DNA of 64,000 nt from Anaeromyxobacter sp. (GTDB lineage Bacteria > Myxococcota > Myxococcia > Myxococcales > Anaeromyxobacteraceae). Under the pieces are notes generated by a model, which did not search any database, was not told the DNA's origin, and saw only the letters and a program-made list of their open reading frames with translations. Position 1 is the stretch's first letter; each line of letters opens with the position of its first letter. The stretch is from the NCBI GenBank assembly GCA_049840735.1, contig JASGJN010000020.1:352001-416000 (forward strand). The letters are read 5' to 3'. The position numbers were made by a program, and so were the translations under genes. Of this stretch, positions 11,819-22,356 are shown piece by piece.

Positions 11819-13190
11819 TCACGCCCACTCCAGCTCCGCCGTGAAGTGGCGCAGGTGCTTCGACTGCTTCACGATCCGCACCCCGCGCACCTCGCGCGCC
11901 CGGGCCTCGAGCTCCAGGATCACCTCCGCGGCGTAGTCGAAGTGGCTCTGGGTGTAGACGCGGCGCGGGAAGGCCAGCCGGACCAGCTCCATGGTGTGGA
12001 AGGTCTCGGTGCCGTCCTCGAGCCGCTTGCCGAACATGACCGAGCCGATCTCCACCCCGCGGATGCCACCCTCCAGGTAGAGCGCGTTGCAGAGCGACCA
12101 GGCCGGATACCGCTCCGGCGGCAGGTGCGGGAGGAAGGCGCGCGCGTCCAGGTAGACGGCGTGGCCGCCGGTGGGCTCGACGATCCCCACCCCGCCCGCC
12201 AGCAGCTTCTCGCCCAGGTACTCGGCGGTGCGCAGCCGGTAGCGCAGGTAGTCCTCGTCCAGCACCTCCTCCAGCCCCACCGCGATGGCCTCCAGGTCGC
12301 GCCCGGCCAGGCCGCCGTAGGTCGGGAACCCCTCGGTCAGGATGAGCAGGTTTCGGGCCGCCTCCACCCAGCGCTCGTCGCGCAGCGCGATGAAGCCGCC
12401 GATGTTGGCCAGGCCGTCCTTCTTGGCCGACATGAGCGCCCCGTCGCCCAGCGAGAAGATCTCCTGGGCGATGGCGCGGACCGACCGCTCGCCCTGCCCC
12501 GGCTCGCGCAGCTTCACGAACATGGCGTTCTCGGCGAAGCGACAGCAGTCGAGCACCAGCGGCTTGCCGTGGCGGCGCAGCAGGTCGCGGTAGGCGCGCA
12601 GGTTCTCCAGCGAGAACCGGCTGGCCGCCGCCCGAGTTGTTTGTGAGGGTGATCATGCCGAAGGGGACCTTCTCCCCCTGCTCGGCCAGCAGCCGCTCCA
12701 CCCGCGCCAGGTCGATGTTCCCCTTGAACGGGTGGCGCGTGCGCGGCTCCAGCCCCTCGCGGATCACCAGGTCCACCGGCTCGACGCCGTCGTACTCGAG
12801 GTTGGCGCGGGTGGTGTCGAAGTGGGTGTTGGAGGGGACCACCTGCCCCGGCTTGGTGGCGACGGAGAAGAGGATCCGCTCCGAGGCGCGCCCCTGATGC
12901 GTGGGGATGACGAACGGGTAGCCGGTCAGCTCCCGCACCGCCGCCTCGAAGCGGTGGAAGCTGCGGGCGCCGGCGTAGCTCTCGTCGCCCTGCATGATGG
13001 CGGCCCACTGGCGGGCGCTCATGGCGCCGGTGCCGGAGTCGGTCAGGAAGTCGAGCAGCACGTCCTCGGCGTCGAGCCGGAACACGTTGAGCCGGGCCTG
13101 CTCCAGCAGCCGCTCCCGCTCGGCGCGGGTGGTCACGCGGATGGGCTCGACCGACTTGATGCGGAACGGCTCGATCACGGTGCGTGGCAT
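11819..13190 (-). CDS. tnaA: Tryptophanase (beta-eliminating PLP lyase); frameshift near 12612-12618
   Basis: IEPFRIKSVE, LTDSGT, GDESYAG, HQGR, TNNSGGGQPV|SLENL, MSAKKDG PLP lysine, GFPTYGGLAGRD, ELVRLAFPRRVYT, LRHFTA split over two frames. Confidence 0.9.
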
Positions 13191-13329
13191 GGGCTCCCTC
13201 CGCCCCGGCGCCCGGGCCGCGCGCCTGGCCTCCCCTTCCTCCCGCCGCCACGGGCGCCGCGCAAGCGCCCGGGTGGTCCGTCCGCGTTTGCGCCCTGGAC
13301 CGCCCCGGGGTTAGCCTCCTCCGACCCCG

Positions 13330-14331
13330 ATGCCCGAGCCCCTCGACCCCGCCCTGGAGCGCCTGCGCGACCTGCTGGTCGGCGAGGCCGCGCGCCGCGC
13401 GCCGCCCGAGCTGCGCAGCCTCCCCCGGGCGCTGGCGAGCGCCGCCCCGGTGCCCGCCGAGCTGCTCGACCTGGTCCGCGATCACCGGGCCGAGCTGCTG
13501 GAGTGGCTGGACGGGACCGTCCCACCCCGGCGCCCCGGCGGCGGCTGGCCGCTCGACCCCGCCGGACACCTGGCGGGCAGGCTCCTGCGCCACCTGCTGG
13601 CCAGGAACCAGTTCCTGCCGCTCGACGCGGCGCGCGTGGCGGCCCTGGAGGCGCTCCACGCCCGCGCCCTGGCCGCCGCCGCTGACGCGCTGCGCGAGGC
13701 CGAGGTCGACGCGGAGCTGGCGGCGGGGCTGGCCGGGGTGGAGGCCGCCTACCGCGAGGACCTGCGCGCCTTCGTGGCCGCGCTGCTCAAGGTGGAGGTG
13801 GCCGGACCGGTGGCAGGCCTGCGCCAGGTGGTGAGCGCGGAGTACACCGCCGCCCTCCAGCTCCGGGTGCTGGGGCTGGACGCGCGGGAGCTGCTGGAGC
13901 CGGTGCTGGACCTGGGCTGCGGCCCCGAGGCCCGGCTGGTGAGGCTGCTGCGCGAGGCCGGCAAGGACGCGCGCGGCGTGGACCGCCTGGCGGAGCCGGG
14001 AGAGGGCGTCTCGCGGGCGGACTGGTTCGAGGTCGAGGTCGCGCCGGGGACGCTCGGGACGGTGCTCTCCCACCTCGCCTTCTCGCTCCACTTCGTCCAC
14101 CACCACCTGCGCCCGGGGGACGAGGCCCTGCGCTACGCCCGCCGCTACATGGAGCTGCTGCGCGCGCTCCGGCCGGGCGGCGTCTTCGCCTACGCCCCGG
14201 GGCTGCCGTTCGTGGAGGACCACCTCGATCCCGCCACCTGGCGCGTCGAGCGCGCGCCGGTGCCGGCGCCGCCGCCCGCCGGCGCGGGCGCGGTCCCGTG
14301 GTACGCGGCGCGGGTCACGCGGCTGCGGTGA
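13330..14331 (+). CDS. Class I SAM-dependent methyltransferase with helical N-terminal extension
   Basis: VLDLGCG motif I, GVDR motif II, LRPGGVF. Confidence 0.75.
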   Translation: MPEPLDPALERLRDLLVGEAARRAPPELRSLPRALASAAPVPAELLDLVRDHRAELLEWLDGTVPPRRPGGGWPLDPAGHLAGRLLRHLLARNQFLPLDAARVAALEALHARALAAAADALREAEVDAELAAGLAGVEAAYREDLRAFVAALLKVEVAGPVAGLRQVVSAEYTAALQLRVLGLDARELLEPVLDLGCGPEARLVRLLREAGKDARGVDRLAEPGEGVSRADWFEVEVAPGTLGTVLSHLAFSLHFVHHHLRPGDEALRYARRYMELLRALRPGGVFAYAPGLPFVEDHLDPATWRVERAPVPAPPPAGAGAVPWYAARVTRLR

Positions 14332-14452
14332 GCGGCGACCGCGGCCCGTGTGCGCGGCAGGAAACAGCTCTCCCACAGGTCGATCAGGGTACAGGCTGCG
14401 ATCTTGTGCCGCGCCCGCGCCTCATGCTCTTCTCTTCCACGGAGGACCTGCC

Positions 14453-14842
14453 ATGAACGAGTGGACCGCGGTCACCTGCCCCGACGCCACCATCGACGTC
14501 CTTCGGAAGCAGTTCGCGGACCAAGCCGAGCGGCTCCTGGCCGCCGTCGGCAAGGCCACCCCCCACGTCATCGCCGGGCTCGCGTCCCGCCTCCTCGAGA
14601 CCTCGCAGCAGCTCTTCGAGCGCGAGGAGCGGCGGCTCGCCGAGGGCAAGGCGTCCAGCCTCGTGCGCCACGCCCACGAGCACGGCCGCTTCCTGGCCGA
14701 CCTGGCGGAGCTGGCCGAGCTGGCGCAGAGCGGCGACGCGGCCGGGCTGGAGACGCTCCGCCCCCAGCGCTGGCTCAAGTCCTGGATCGCGGCGCACGCG
14801 CGGACGGACAAGGACCTGGCCGCGCTGACGCCGGCCGCCTGA
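14453..14842 (+). CDS. Hemerythrin-like protein (degenerate)
   Basis: EW...TID, LFEREE, HAHEH, WIAAH..TD pattern; GGAGG RBS. Confidence 0.65.
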   Translation: MNEWTAVTCPDATIDVLRKQFADQAERLLAAVGKATPHVIAGLASRLLETSQQLFEREERRLAEGKASSLVRHAHEHGRFLADLAELAELAQSGDAAGLETLRPQRWLKSWIAAHARTDKDLAALTPAA

Positions 14843-14964
14843 CCCGCCGCAAGCGCCCATTCACCCCTCGGCGGGCGTGGGCCGCCGGTCGGGTTGCGCC
14901 GCGCCGCGGCGCCGGACATGGCAGGGCTTCCCGGCGGCATGCCGCCGCCCACCGGAGGCCCGCC

Positions 14965-15180
14965 ATGAAGACCCTCACCGCCATCCTCGCCGCTGCCGCG
15001 CTGCTCGCGCAGGCCGCGCCCGCGCTCGCCTGCGAAGGCCAGAAGTCCCACACGGCCGACAAGAAGAGCACCCAGCAGACCACCACCGCCCAGAAGCAGG
15101 CCAAGCCAGCCCAGGCGCAGCCGGCGGCGGTGAGCCAGAGCGCCCAGCAGCAGCAGGCGCCCAAGGCGGCGACGAACTAG
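14965..15180 (+). CDS. Small secreted low-complexity protein
   Basis: GGAGG RBS; signal peptide MKTLTAILAAAALLAQAAPALA; Q/K/A-rich tail. Confidence 0.7.
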   Translation: MKTLTAILAAAALLAQAAPALACEGQKSHTADKKSTQQTTTAQKQAKPAQAQPAAVSQSAQQQQAPKAATN

Positions 15181-15200
15181 CGGCGCTGGGGCAAACGCCT

Positions 15201-15312
15201 GCCCTTCGACTCCGCCGCGGCTGGGGCCGCGGCTTCGCTCAGGGCGAACGGACCGGGTGTCCCCGCTCGGCCTGAGCGTAGGGCCGCCACCGGCGGCCCG
15301 GAGTCGAAGGCC
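15201..15312. repeat. Inverted pair of REP-like units (B, C), REPIN-like, between convergent genes
   Basis: GCCCTTCGACTCCG-hairpin-CTTCGCTCAGGGCGAACGG, short spacer, CCGCTCGGCCTGAGCGTAG-hairpin-CGGAGTCGAAGGCC. Confidence 0.85.
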
Positions 15313-15358
15313 GGGGGCACAAGGACGGGACCGCCCCCGCGGCCGGACGCCCGCGGCG

Positions 15359-17980
15359 CTACTTGAACAGCCCCTTCAGCTTCTTCTTCGCCTCCTCCTC
15401 CAGCTTCTTCTTGGCGTCCTGCTCCGGCTGGGCCTTCCCCTCCTCGCCCGGCTTGGCAGCCTCGTCCTTGCCGCCCCCCAGCCCCAGGCCGCCCAGCGCC
15501 TTGCCGAGCGAGTTGGACGCGACGTCGGAGGCGATGGTCTTGGCGGCGCCGTCCAGCGCCAGCCCGTCCAGGCGCGGGCTCCAGGCCGCGCCGGCCAGCT
15601 TGAAGTCGACCGGCACCGGCGACGAGACCTTGGCCTTCCCGCCGGTGATCTTCGAGATCAGCTCCGGCGACAGCGCCAGCGTGGCCGGCATGTCCAGCGA
15701 CCCGTCCAGCCTGACGCCGCCGTCCAGCTTGATCACGCCCTGGCCGGTGTCGAACTGGAGCGGCTGCTTGAGCCGCGCCACGCCGCCCGCCACCGCCAGC
15801 TGGAACGGGAGCGCCTTGCCGAGCGAGGTGGAGCCGCCGCCGCTGTACTTCTTGGCGAACGGCAGCATGCCCGAGAGCGGCGTGGCCACCGACGCCACCA
15901 GGTCCTTCCCGTGGAAGGCGCCGTCCTGGAGGTTGCCCTGGATGAGGCCGGTCACCGTCTTCAGCAGATCCTTGCCCTTCATGCCGCCCGCGCCCAGCTC
16001 CAGCCCCAGGTCCATGGTGCCGGAGAGCACCTTGTGGTCGGAGAGCAGCCCCAGCGCCTGATCCGCCTGCACGTGCTGCAGCTTGGCCACCACCTTGAAC
16101 GGATCCTCGGGGTGGGCCAGGCGGACCACCGTGCCGGCCGCGGAGACGGAGCCGCCGAAGGCCTGCAGCTGCGCCTGCTCCAGCGTGACGGTGTCCTCCT
16201 TGACCACCACCTTGGCCAGCACGTCGCGCAGGTCGAGCTGGTGGTAGCGGAGCAGGCCCAGCTGGAGGTTGGCGACGCCGGAGAGGCCGGCGAAGGCCTT
16301 GGGGTCGAGCGGCTTCGAGGCCGGCGCCTTCTCCGGCTTCTTCTTCTCCGCCGGCGAGGGCAGCAGCAGCCGGTCCACGTCCAGCTTCTCGCCCGAGAGC
16401 GAGGCCTGGAAGGTGGTGGTGCGGTGCCCCTCGGCGCCGGCCAGCGTGGCCTGGGCGGTCCCGGCCAGCTTGTCGCCCAGCAGGTCCAGGTCCACCGTCG
16501 AGAGGCGCACCTCCTTCGACTGGCCCGAGCCTTGGTACGTGCCCGCGACGCGCACCGCCAGCGGGTCGCCGGGCTTCTTGGCCAGCGCTCCGCCCGGGCG
16601 GAGGTCCGCGCCGGCCAGGTCGAGCCGCGTGTCGAAGGCGATCCGGCCCGCCTGCGAGGTGCTGGCCCGCGCGGTCAGCGCCATGGGCGCGCCGGCGGCC
16701 TTCTCCAGCTGCTGCGGGACCCGCAGCCGCACCGGGCCGAGGTCCACCCGCAGCTCCACCGACTGCGCCGCCTGGGTCCCCTCCCCGCGCAGCGACAGGC
16801 CGATGGGGCCGGCCACCTCGGCGCCGCCCAGCGACTTGCGCAGCGGCGGGTAGTACGCCGCCAGCGCCTCCGGGTCGAGGCCGCGCGAGACCACCTCCAG
16901 GCCCTCCACCTTCGGCGTCTCGGAGCGCAGGCCGGTCACCCGGCCGCGGCCGCTCAGCGCGGCCGGCCCCGCCGTCAGCTCCAGCTTGCCGATGCGCAGG
17001 TCGCCGGCGCCGGCGTCGGCCTCCAGGTCCGCGTCGAGCGCGGCGTCCAGCTTCTTGCCGCCCTCCTGCCCGGCGAAGGCCAGCTGCGTGGCCTTGAACC
17101 CGCCCTTGACGGTGGTGGGCCCCTTCCCGCCCTCGACCGCGGCGCCCAGCGCCATGGCCAGATCGGCCTGGAACCGGCCGCCCAGCAGGCCGACCGAGGC
17201 CGGCAGGAACGGCGCCAGCGGGTCGAGGTCGATGGGCTGGACCTTCAGCGTCACCGCCTCGATGACCGGCGCGAGCGACGGGGGCAGCGGCGCCGAGCGG
17301 ACCCTCAGCTCGAGGTTCTGCTGGTGCGCCAGCACCGCCGCCTTGAGCACCAGGTCGAGCGGGCGTCCGGCCCGGACGTCGCGCACCTCCAGGTCCACGT
17401 CCTCCACGAACAGCTCCTTCGCGGCCGGGCGCGTCCGGTCAACGAAGGCGATGCGGGCGTTCTCGACCGCGGCGCGCCCCACCTCGATGTCGAGCGCCTT
17501 GCCCTGCCCCTGCGGCTGCTCCGGGGCCTCCTCCGGCTGCGCCTGCTTGCGCTCCGCCAGCTTCTTCGAGAGCCGCTCCACGTTGGTGGTGCCGTCCGGC
17601 AGCTTGACCACGTTCACGCGCAGTCCTTCGACCACCGCCTCGCGGACGGCGATGTCCGAGCCGCCGGAGAAGATCGCCCGCAGCAGCGCCAGCCCCACCT
17701 CGGCGCGATCCAGCTCCAGCAGGGGGAGCCCCTCGCCCTCGGCGGCGCCCACCGATACCCCGGTGACCTTCACCCCCAGCCCGCCCAGCAGGCGCGTGCT
17801 CACCTCGTCCACGGCGATGGGCCGGCCCAGCTCCCGTGAGAGCTTCGCGGTCTGCTCGTGCACCTGGCTGTTGATGATGCGGTCGAGCAGCAGCACGGCC
17901 GCGACCAGCAGCGCGACCAGGACGGCGAGCACGATGAGCAGGATTCGGGGCCAGCGGCGAGGGCGGCGGTCGGTCTCCAT
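15359..17980 (-). CDS. AsmA family protein
   Basis: N-terminal TM anchor, LSRELGRPI, repeated beta-rich segments, LDVDRLL, C-terminal PVDFKLAG.AWSP and KKKLKGLFK. Confidence 0.8.
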   Translation of the reverse strand: METDRRPRRWPRILLIVLAVLVALLVAAVLLLDRIINSQVHEQTAKLSRELGRPIAVDEVSTRLLGGLGVKVTGVSVGAAEGEGLPLLELDRAEVGLALLRAIFSGGSDIAVREAVVEGLRVNVVKLPDGTTNVERLSKKLAERKQAQPEEAPEQPQGQGKALDIEVGRAAVENARIAFVDRTRPAAKELFVEDVDLEVRDVRAGRPLDLVLKAAVLAHQQNLELRVRSAPLPPSLAPVIEAVTLKVQPIDLDPLAPFLPASVGLLGGRFQADLAMALGAAVEGGKGPTTVKGGFKATQLAFAGQEGGKKLDAALDADLEADAGAGDLRIGKLELTAGPAALSGRGRVTGLRSETPKVEGLEVVSRGLDPEALAAYYPPLRKSLGGAEVAGPIGLSLRGEGTQAAQSVELRVDLGPVRLRVPQQLEKAAGAPMALTARASTSQAGRIAFDTRLDLAGADLRPGGALAKKPGDPLAVRVAGTYQGSGQSKEVRLSTVDLDLLGDKLAGTAQATLAGAEGHRTTTFQASLSGEKLDVDRLLLPSPAEKKKPEKAPASKPLDPKAFAGLSGVANLQLGLLRYHQLDLRDVLAKVVVKEDTVTLEQAQLQAFGGSVSAAGTVVRLAHPEDPFKVVAKLQHVQADQALGLLSDHKVLSGTMDLGLELGAGGMKGKDLLKTVTGLIQGNLQDGAFHGKDLVASVATPLSGMLPFAKKYSGGGSTSLGKALPFQLAVAGGVARLKQPLQFDTGQGVIKLDGGVRLDGSLDMPATLALSPELISKITGGKAKVSSPVPVDFKLAGAAWSPRLDGLALDGAAKTIASDVASNSLGKALGGLGLGGGKDEAAKPGEEGKAQPEQDAKKKLEEEAKKKLKGLFK

Positions 17981-18149
17981 GGGCGTGGAGGCTAAGCCCC
18001 AGGGCCGCCCCTGTCACCCACCGTCAGCGCCGCGGGGGCTTCCCCGCCCGATCGCCGCCCCCTCCCGGGACCCGGGCGGTTTGCCCCGCTGTCGCTGGAA
18101 CCCGGCGCCCCCCTGTGGCACGCTCGGCGCTCCGGAAAGGGAGGGACCG

Positions 18150-19256
18150 ATGGGGCTCCTGGACAAGCTGCGCGGTGAGTTGATCGACATCGTCGAGTGG
18201 GTGGACGACAGCCAGCACACGCTGGTCTGGCGCTTCCCGCGCTACCAGAACGAGATCAAGAACGGCGCCCAGCTGGTGGTGCGGCCGGGTCAGGTGGCGG
18301 TCTTCGTCGACCGCGGCCAGGTCGCCGACGTCTTCCAGCCCGGGATGTACACCCTCACCACCGCCAACCTCCCCCTGCTCTCCACGCTGCAGGGCTGGAA
18401 GTACGGGTTCGAGAGCCCGTTCAAGGCCGAGGTCTACTTCTGCTCAACGCGCCAGATCACCGATCTGAAGTGGGGCACGCCCAACCCGGTGATGCTGCGC
18501 GACGCCGACTTCGGCCCCATCCGGCTGCGGGCCTTCGGCACCTACGCGCTCCGCGCGGCGGATCCCAAGGCGCTGCTCAAGGGGCTGGTGGGCACCGACG
18601 GCGACTTCCAGGCCGACGAGGTGGGCGAGCTGCTCCGGGCCATGATCAACACCGCCTTCGCCCAGCTGGTGGGCGAGTCGAAGATCGCGGCGCTCGACCT
18701 GGCCGCGAACCTGGTGCACCTCTCGCAGCAGCTGCGGGAGCGGGTGCAGGCCCAGATCGACGACGAGTACGGGCTGGAGATCCCCCAGCTGCTGATCGTC
18801 AACGTCTCGCTCCCGCCGGAGGTGGAGAAGGCGCTCGACACGCGCAGCAGCATGGGCGTCATCGGCGACCTGCAGCGCTTCCAGCAGTTCCAGATGGGCC
18901 AGGCCGTGCTGGCCGCGGCGCAGAACCCGGGCGGCCTGGGCGCCGCCGGGGCCGGGGCCGGGCTGGGCTTCGGCATGGCCGCGCAGATGGCGCAGATGGC
19001 CGCCCCCGCCGCCGCCGCCGCCGTTCCCCCGCCGCCACCGCCGCCAGCCGCCTGGCACGTCACCCAGGCCGGCCGCACGGTGGGCCCGTTCGACGCCGCG
19101 GGCCTGGCCGGCGCCGCCGCCCGCGGCGAGCTGACCGCGGCCACGCTGGTCTGGTCGGCGGGGATGGCGGGCTGGACGCCGGCCGGCCAGGTCCCGGCGC
19201 TGGCCCACCTCTTCGCCGCTCCACCTCCCCCTCCTCCGCCGCCCCAGGCCGGCTAG
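18150..19256 (+). CDS. SPFH (YdjI-like) domain protein with C-terminal GYF_2/DUF4339
   Basis: ELIDIVEW, LVWRFP, EIKNGAQLVVR, TANLP, WKYGFESPFKAEVYF, KWGTPNP; GPF...TLVWSAGMAGWTPA. Confidence 0.9.
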   Translation: MGLLDKLRGELIDIVEWVDDSQHTLVWRFPRYQNEIKNGAQLVVRPGQVAVFVDRGQVADVFQPGMYTLTTANLPLLSTLQGWKYGFESPFKAEVYFCSTRQITDLKWGTPNPVMLRDADFGPIRLRAFGTYALRAADPKALLKGLVGTDGDFQADEVGELLRAMINTAFAQLVGESKIAALDLAANLVHLSQQLRERVQAQIDDEYGLEIPQLLIVNVSLPPEVEKALDTRSSMGVIGDLQRFQQFQMGQAVLAAAQNPGGLGAAGAGAGLGFGMAAQMAQMAAPAAAAAVPPPPPPPAAWHVTQAGRTVGPFDAAGLAGAAARGELTAATLVWSAGMAGWTPAGQVPALAHLFAAPPPPPPPPQAG

Positions 19257-19265
19257 GAGCCCCAG

Positions 19266-20408
19266 GTGGAAGGCCCTCCGCCGCTCCCGCCGGCACCGCC
19301 GGCAGCGCCGCCGCCCCTCTCCGAAGCGCCGCAGACGCAGGGGCGCACCTTCCCCTGCGCGCGCTGCGGCGCCGAGCTGACCTACGCCATCGGCGCGGCC
19401 GCGCTCCGCTGCAGCTACTGCGGGTACGAGCAGCCGCTCACGGTCGAGGCGGGCGCGGCCGTCCTGGAGCACGACCTCCAGGCGGCCCTCTCCCGCGGCG
19501 CCGCCGCGCGCCCCACCGCCGACGCTGCCCCGGGCCGGCAGGAGCTGCGCTGCGACAGCTGCGGGGCCACGGTGGTCTTCGACGGCACCCTCACCAGCAG
19601 CGCCTGCTCCTTCTGCGGCGTGCCGGTGCAGCGCGACCGCGTCCACCAGGCCGCCGACCGGCTCCCGGTGGACGGCGTGCTGCCCTTCGCGGTCGAGGCG
19701 GGGCAGGCCCGCGGCGCGCTGGCCAGCTGGGTGAAGGGGCTCTGGTTCGCCCCCAACGACTTCCGCAAGCGCGGCGTGGACGGGGACCTGCAGGGCGTCT
19801 ACCTGCCCTTCTTCACCTTCGACGCCATGACCTCGACCACCTACCAGGGCCAGCGCGGCGAGCACTACTGGGTCACGGTCGGCTCGGGCCAGAACGAGCG
19901 GCGGGAGATGCGCACCCGCTGGTACCCCGCCTCCGGCGCCTTCCAGCGCTTCTTCGACGACGTGCTGGTGCCGGCCTTCCGCGCCCTGCCGGCGCCGCTC
20001 CTGACCCAGCTCGAGCCCTGGCCCCTGGGCGGCTGCCTGCCCTTCACGCCCGAGGCCCTGGCCGGGAAGCTGGCCCACACCTACGACGTCGAGCTCCCGC
20101 CGTCCTTCCAGGCCGCGCGCGAGCGGATCGACGGGGCGCTGCGCGAGGAGGTGGAGGAGCGGATTGGCGGAGACGAGCAGCGCATCACCGACCTGACCAC
20201 CGGCTACGCGGCCCTCACCTTCAAGCACCTGCTCCTGCCGGTGTGGCTGCTGGCCTACAGGTACCGCGAGAAGAGCTACCGGGTGGCCATCAACGCCTGC
20301 ACCGGCGAGGTCCACGGCGAGCGCCCCTGGAGCGTCGTCAAGATCACCTTCGCGGCGATCCTGGCCGCGGTGGTGGCGGCCCTGATCTACACCGCGTCCC
20401 AGCAGTGA
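19266..20408 (+). CDS. Zinc-ribbon membrane protein (YdjG-like)
   Basis: Four CxxC pairs (CARC, CSYC, CDSC, CSFC), GVYLPF, FDDVLV, LLLPVW, INACTGEVHGERP and a C-terminal TM helix. Confidence 0.8.
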   Translation: MEGPPPLPPAPPAAPPPLSEAPQTQGRTFPCARCGAELTYAIGAAALRCSYCGYEQPLTVEAGAAVLEHDLQAALSRGAAARPTADAAPGRQELRCDSCGATVVFDGTLTSSACSFCGVPVQRDRVHQAADRLPVDGVLPFAVEAGQARGALASWVKGLWFAPNDFRKRGVDGDLQGVYLPFFTFDAMTSTTYQGQRGEHYWVTVGSGQNERREMRTRWYPASGAFQRFFDDVLVPAFRALPAPLLTQLEPWPLGGCLPFTPEALAGKLAHTYDVELPPSFQAARERIDGALREEVEERIGGDEQRITDLTTGYAALTFKHLLLPVWLLAYRYREKSYRVAINACTGEVHGERPWSVVKITFAAILAAVVAALIYTASQQ

Positions 20409-20513
20409 CACGGCGTGGGAGGGGCTCACCTACCCTGGGTCCGGGGCGCACCCACCGTGCGTCCCGGATGAAATCGGGGGCCGAGGTCTGGTAGAGGAGA
20501 GGAGGAGGTCCCC

Positions 20514-20882
20514 GTGGCCGATTCCCGTGCAGGCTTCATCACCCACGCCGGAAGGCGCATCTACCTGATCAACGCCGAGGGGCTCACCTCCCAGCAGGTG
20601 ATCGACCTCTGCCCGACGGTCGAGCGCGACATCCGCAGCCAGCCGCCCGCCTCGGTGATGACCATCACGCACGTGAAGGGCGTCCCCCTGGACCACAAGA
20701 TGACCGAGCGGCTCCGGCAGCTCTCCGAGGGCAACAAGCCCTTCGTGAGGTGCGCCTGCATCACCGGCCTCTCCCCGGTGCAGCGGTTCGTCTTCAACAC
20801 CGTGAAGGTGCTGGCCCGCCGCGACTTCCACGTGTTCGAGACCGTCGACCAGGCCAAGGACTTCCTGTCCACCCAGCCGTAG
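20514..20882 (+). CDS. Hypothetical protein, STAS/SEC14-like
   Basis: GGAGG RBS + GTG; ITGLS..QR and HVFETVDQAKDFL ending typical of STAS/SEC14-like small proteins. Confidence 0.65.
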   Translation: MADSRAGFITHAGRRIYLINAEGLTSQQVIDLCPTVERDIRSQPPASVMTITHVKGVPLDHKMTERLRQLSEGNKPFVRCACITGLSPVQRFVFNTVKVLARRDFHVFETVDQAKDFLSTQP

Positions 20883-20907
20883 CGCCCGCGCGGCGACGCG
20901 GCCCCGC

Positions 20908-22334
20908 ATGATCGACCCGGACCGCTCCTCCCCGCGGCGCTCACCACCCCGGCCGCCGGCGTGGCCGCCGAGATCCTGTGGGTGCTGGGATCCGCCGCCT
21001 GGCTGGCGCACCAGCGCCGCTCCCCCGCCGGCACCCTGGCCTGGATCCTGGCGCTGGCGGCGCTGCCGCTGGTGGGCATCCCGGTCTACCTGGTGCTGGG
21101 CCCGCGGCGGCTGGAGCGCAAGCGGCTGCGGATCCGCCGCGTGCAGCGCGATCGCGCGGCCTACCTGGCGGCGTGCCAGCCCCAGGCCCCCGGAGACCCG
21201 CAGCTGGCGCGGCTGGCGACGCGGCTGGGGGCGCTGCCTCCCGAGACGGCCGGCGCGCTGTCGCTCCACTTCGACGGCGACGGCTGGCTCTCCGCGGTCG
21301 AGGCCGCCATCCGCGAGGCGCGCCACCACGTCCACCTCGAGTTCTACATCTTCGAGGCCGGCCCCACCGGCGCCCGCGTCCGCGACGCGCTGGTGGAGGC
21401 GGCGCGCCAGGGGGTGGAGGTCCGGCTGCTGGTGGATGACGCCGGCTCGCCCCGCCACCGGCGGCGCTTCCTTCGGCCGCTGCTGGACGCGGGCGCCGAG
21501 GTGGCGCGCTTCAACCCCATCCTGTTCCGGCTCCGGCGCGGCGCCGCAAACTTCCGCTCGCACCGCAAGATCGTGGTCTGCGACGGGCGCGTCGGCCTCA
21601 CCGGCGGCATCAACGTCTCGGACGACCAGAGCGCGGCGATCCGGGGCGCCGCGGCCTGGCGCGACACCGGCCTGCGCCTGGACGGCCCGGCCGTGCACGG
21701 CCTGCAGCTGGCCTTCCGCGAGGACTGGGCCTTCGCCACCGGCCGCTCCATCCCGGCCACCGCCGCCTACTTCCCGGCCTCGCCGGAGGGGACGCGGCTG
21801 GTGCAGATCGTCCCCTCCGGCCCCGACCAGTCGCCGCCGGCCGCGGCGCTGCTCTACCCCGCGGCCATCGCCGCCGCGCGCGAGCGGATTCGGATCACCA
21901 CCCCCTACTTCGTGCCGGACGAGCCGCTGCTCACCGCCCTCGCCAGCGCCGCGCTGCGCGGCGTGGACGTGCAGATCATCCTGCCGGCCCGCACCGACGC
22001 CTGGCTGGTGGACGCGGCCTCGCGCAGCTACCGCGATCCGCTGGCGGCGGCCGGGGTGGGCCTCCACCTCTACGGGCCGGCCATGGTGCACGCCAAGACC
22101 TGCGTGGTGGACCGGACCGTGGCGCTGGTGGGGAGCGCCAACCTGGACAGCCGCAGCCTGCGGCTCAACTTCGAGATCACCGCGCTGCTCCACGACCCAG
22201 AGGCCGTCGAGGTCCTGGCCGCCCAGTTCCAGCGCGACCTGGCGCACACCTGCCGGGCGCCGCGCGAGCGGGAGGCGGGGCTGGGCCGCCGGCTCCTCGC
22301 CAGCATCGCCCGGCTGCTCGCCCCGCAGCTCTGA
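20908..22334 (+). CDS. cls: Cardiolipin synthase family phospholipase D (in-frame GTG 20961; ATG 20908 needs a 1-nt fix)
   Basis: PLDc_N TM segment (TLAWIL..LPLVG...YL..G), two HKD motifs (HRKIVVCD, HAKTCVVD), TGGIN, TPYFVP, GSANLD.RSLRLNFE. Confidence 0.88.
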
Positions 22335-22356
22335 AGCGGAGGCCTGCGGCCCGCCG

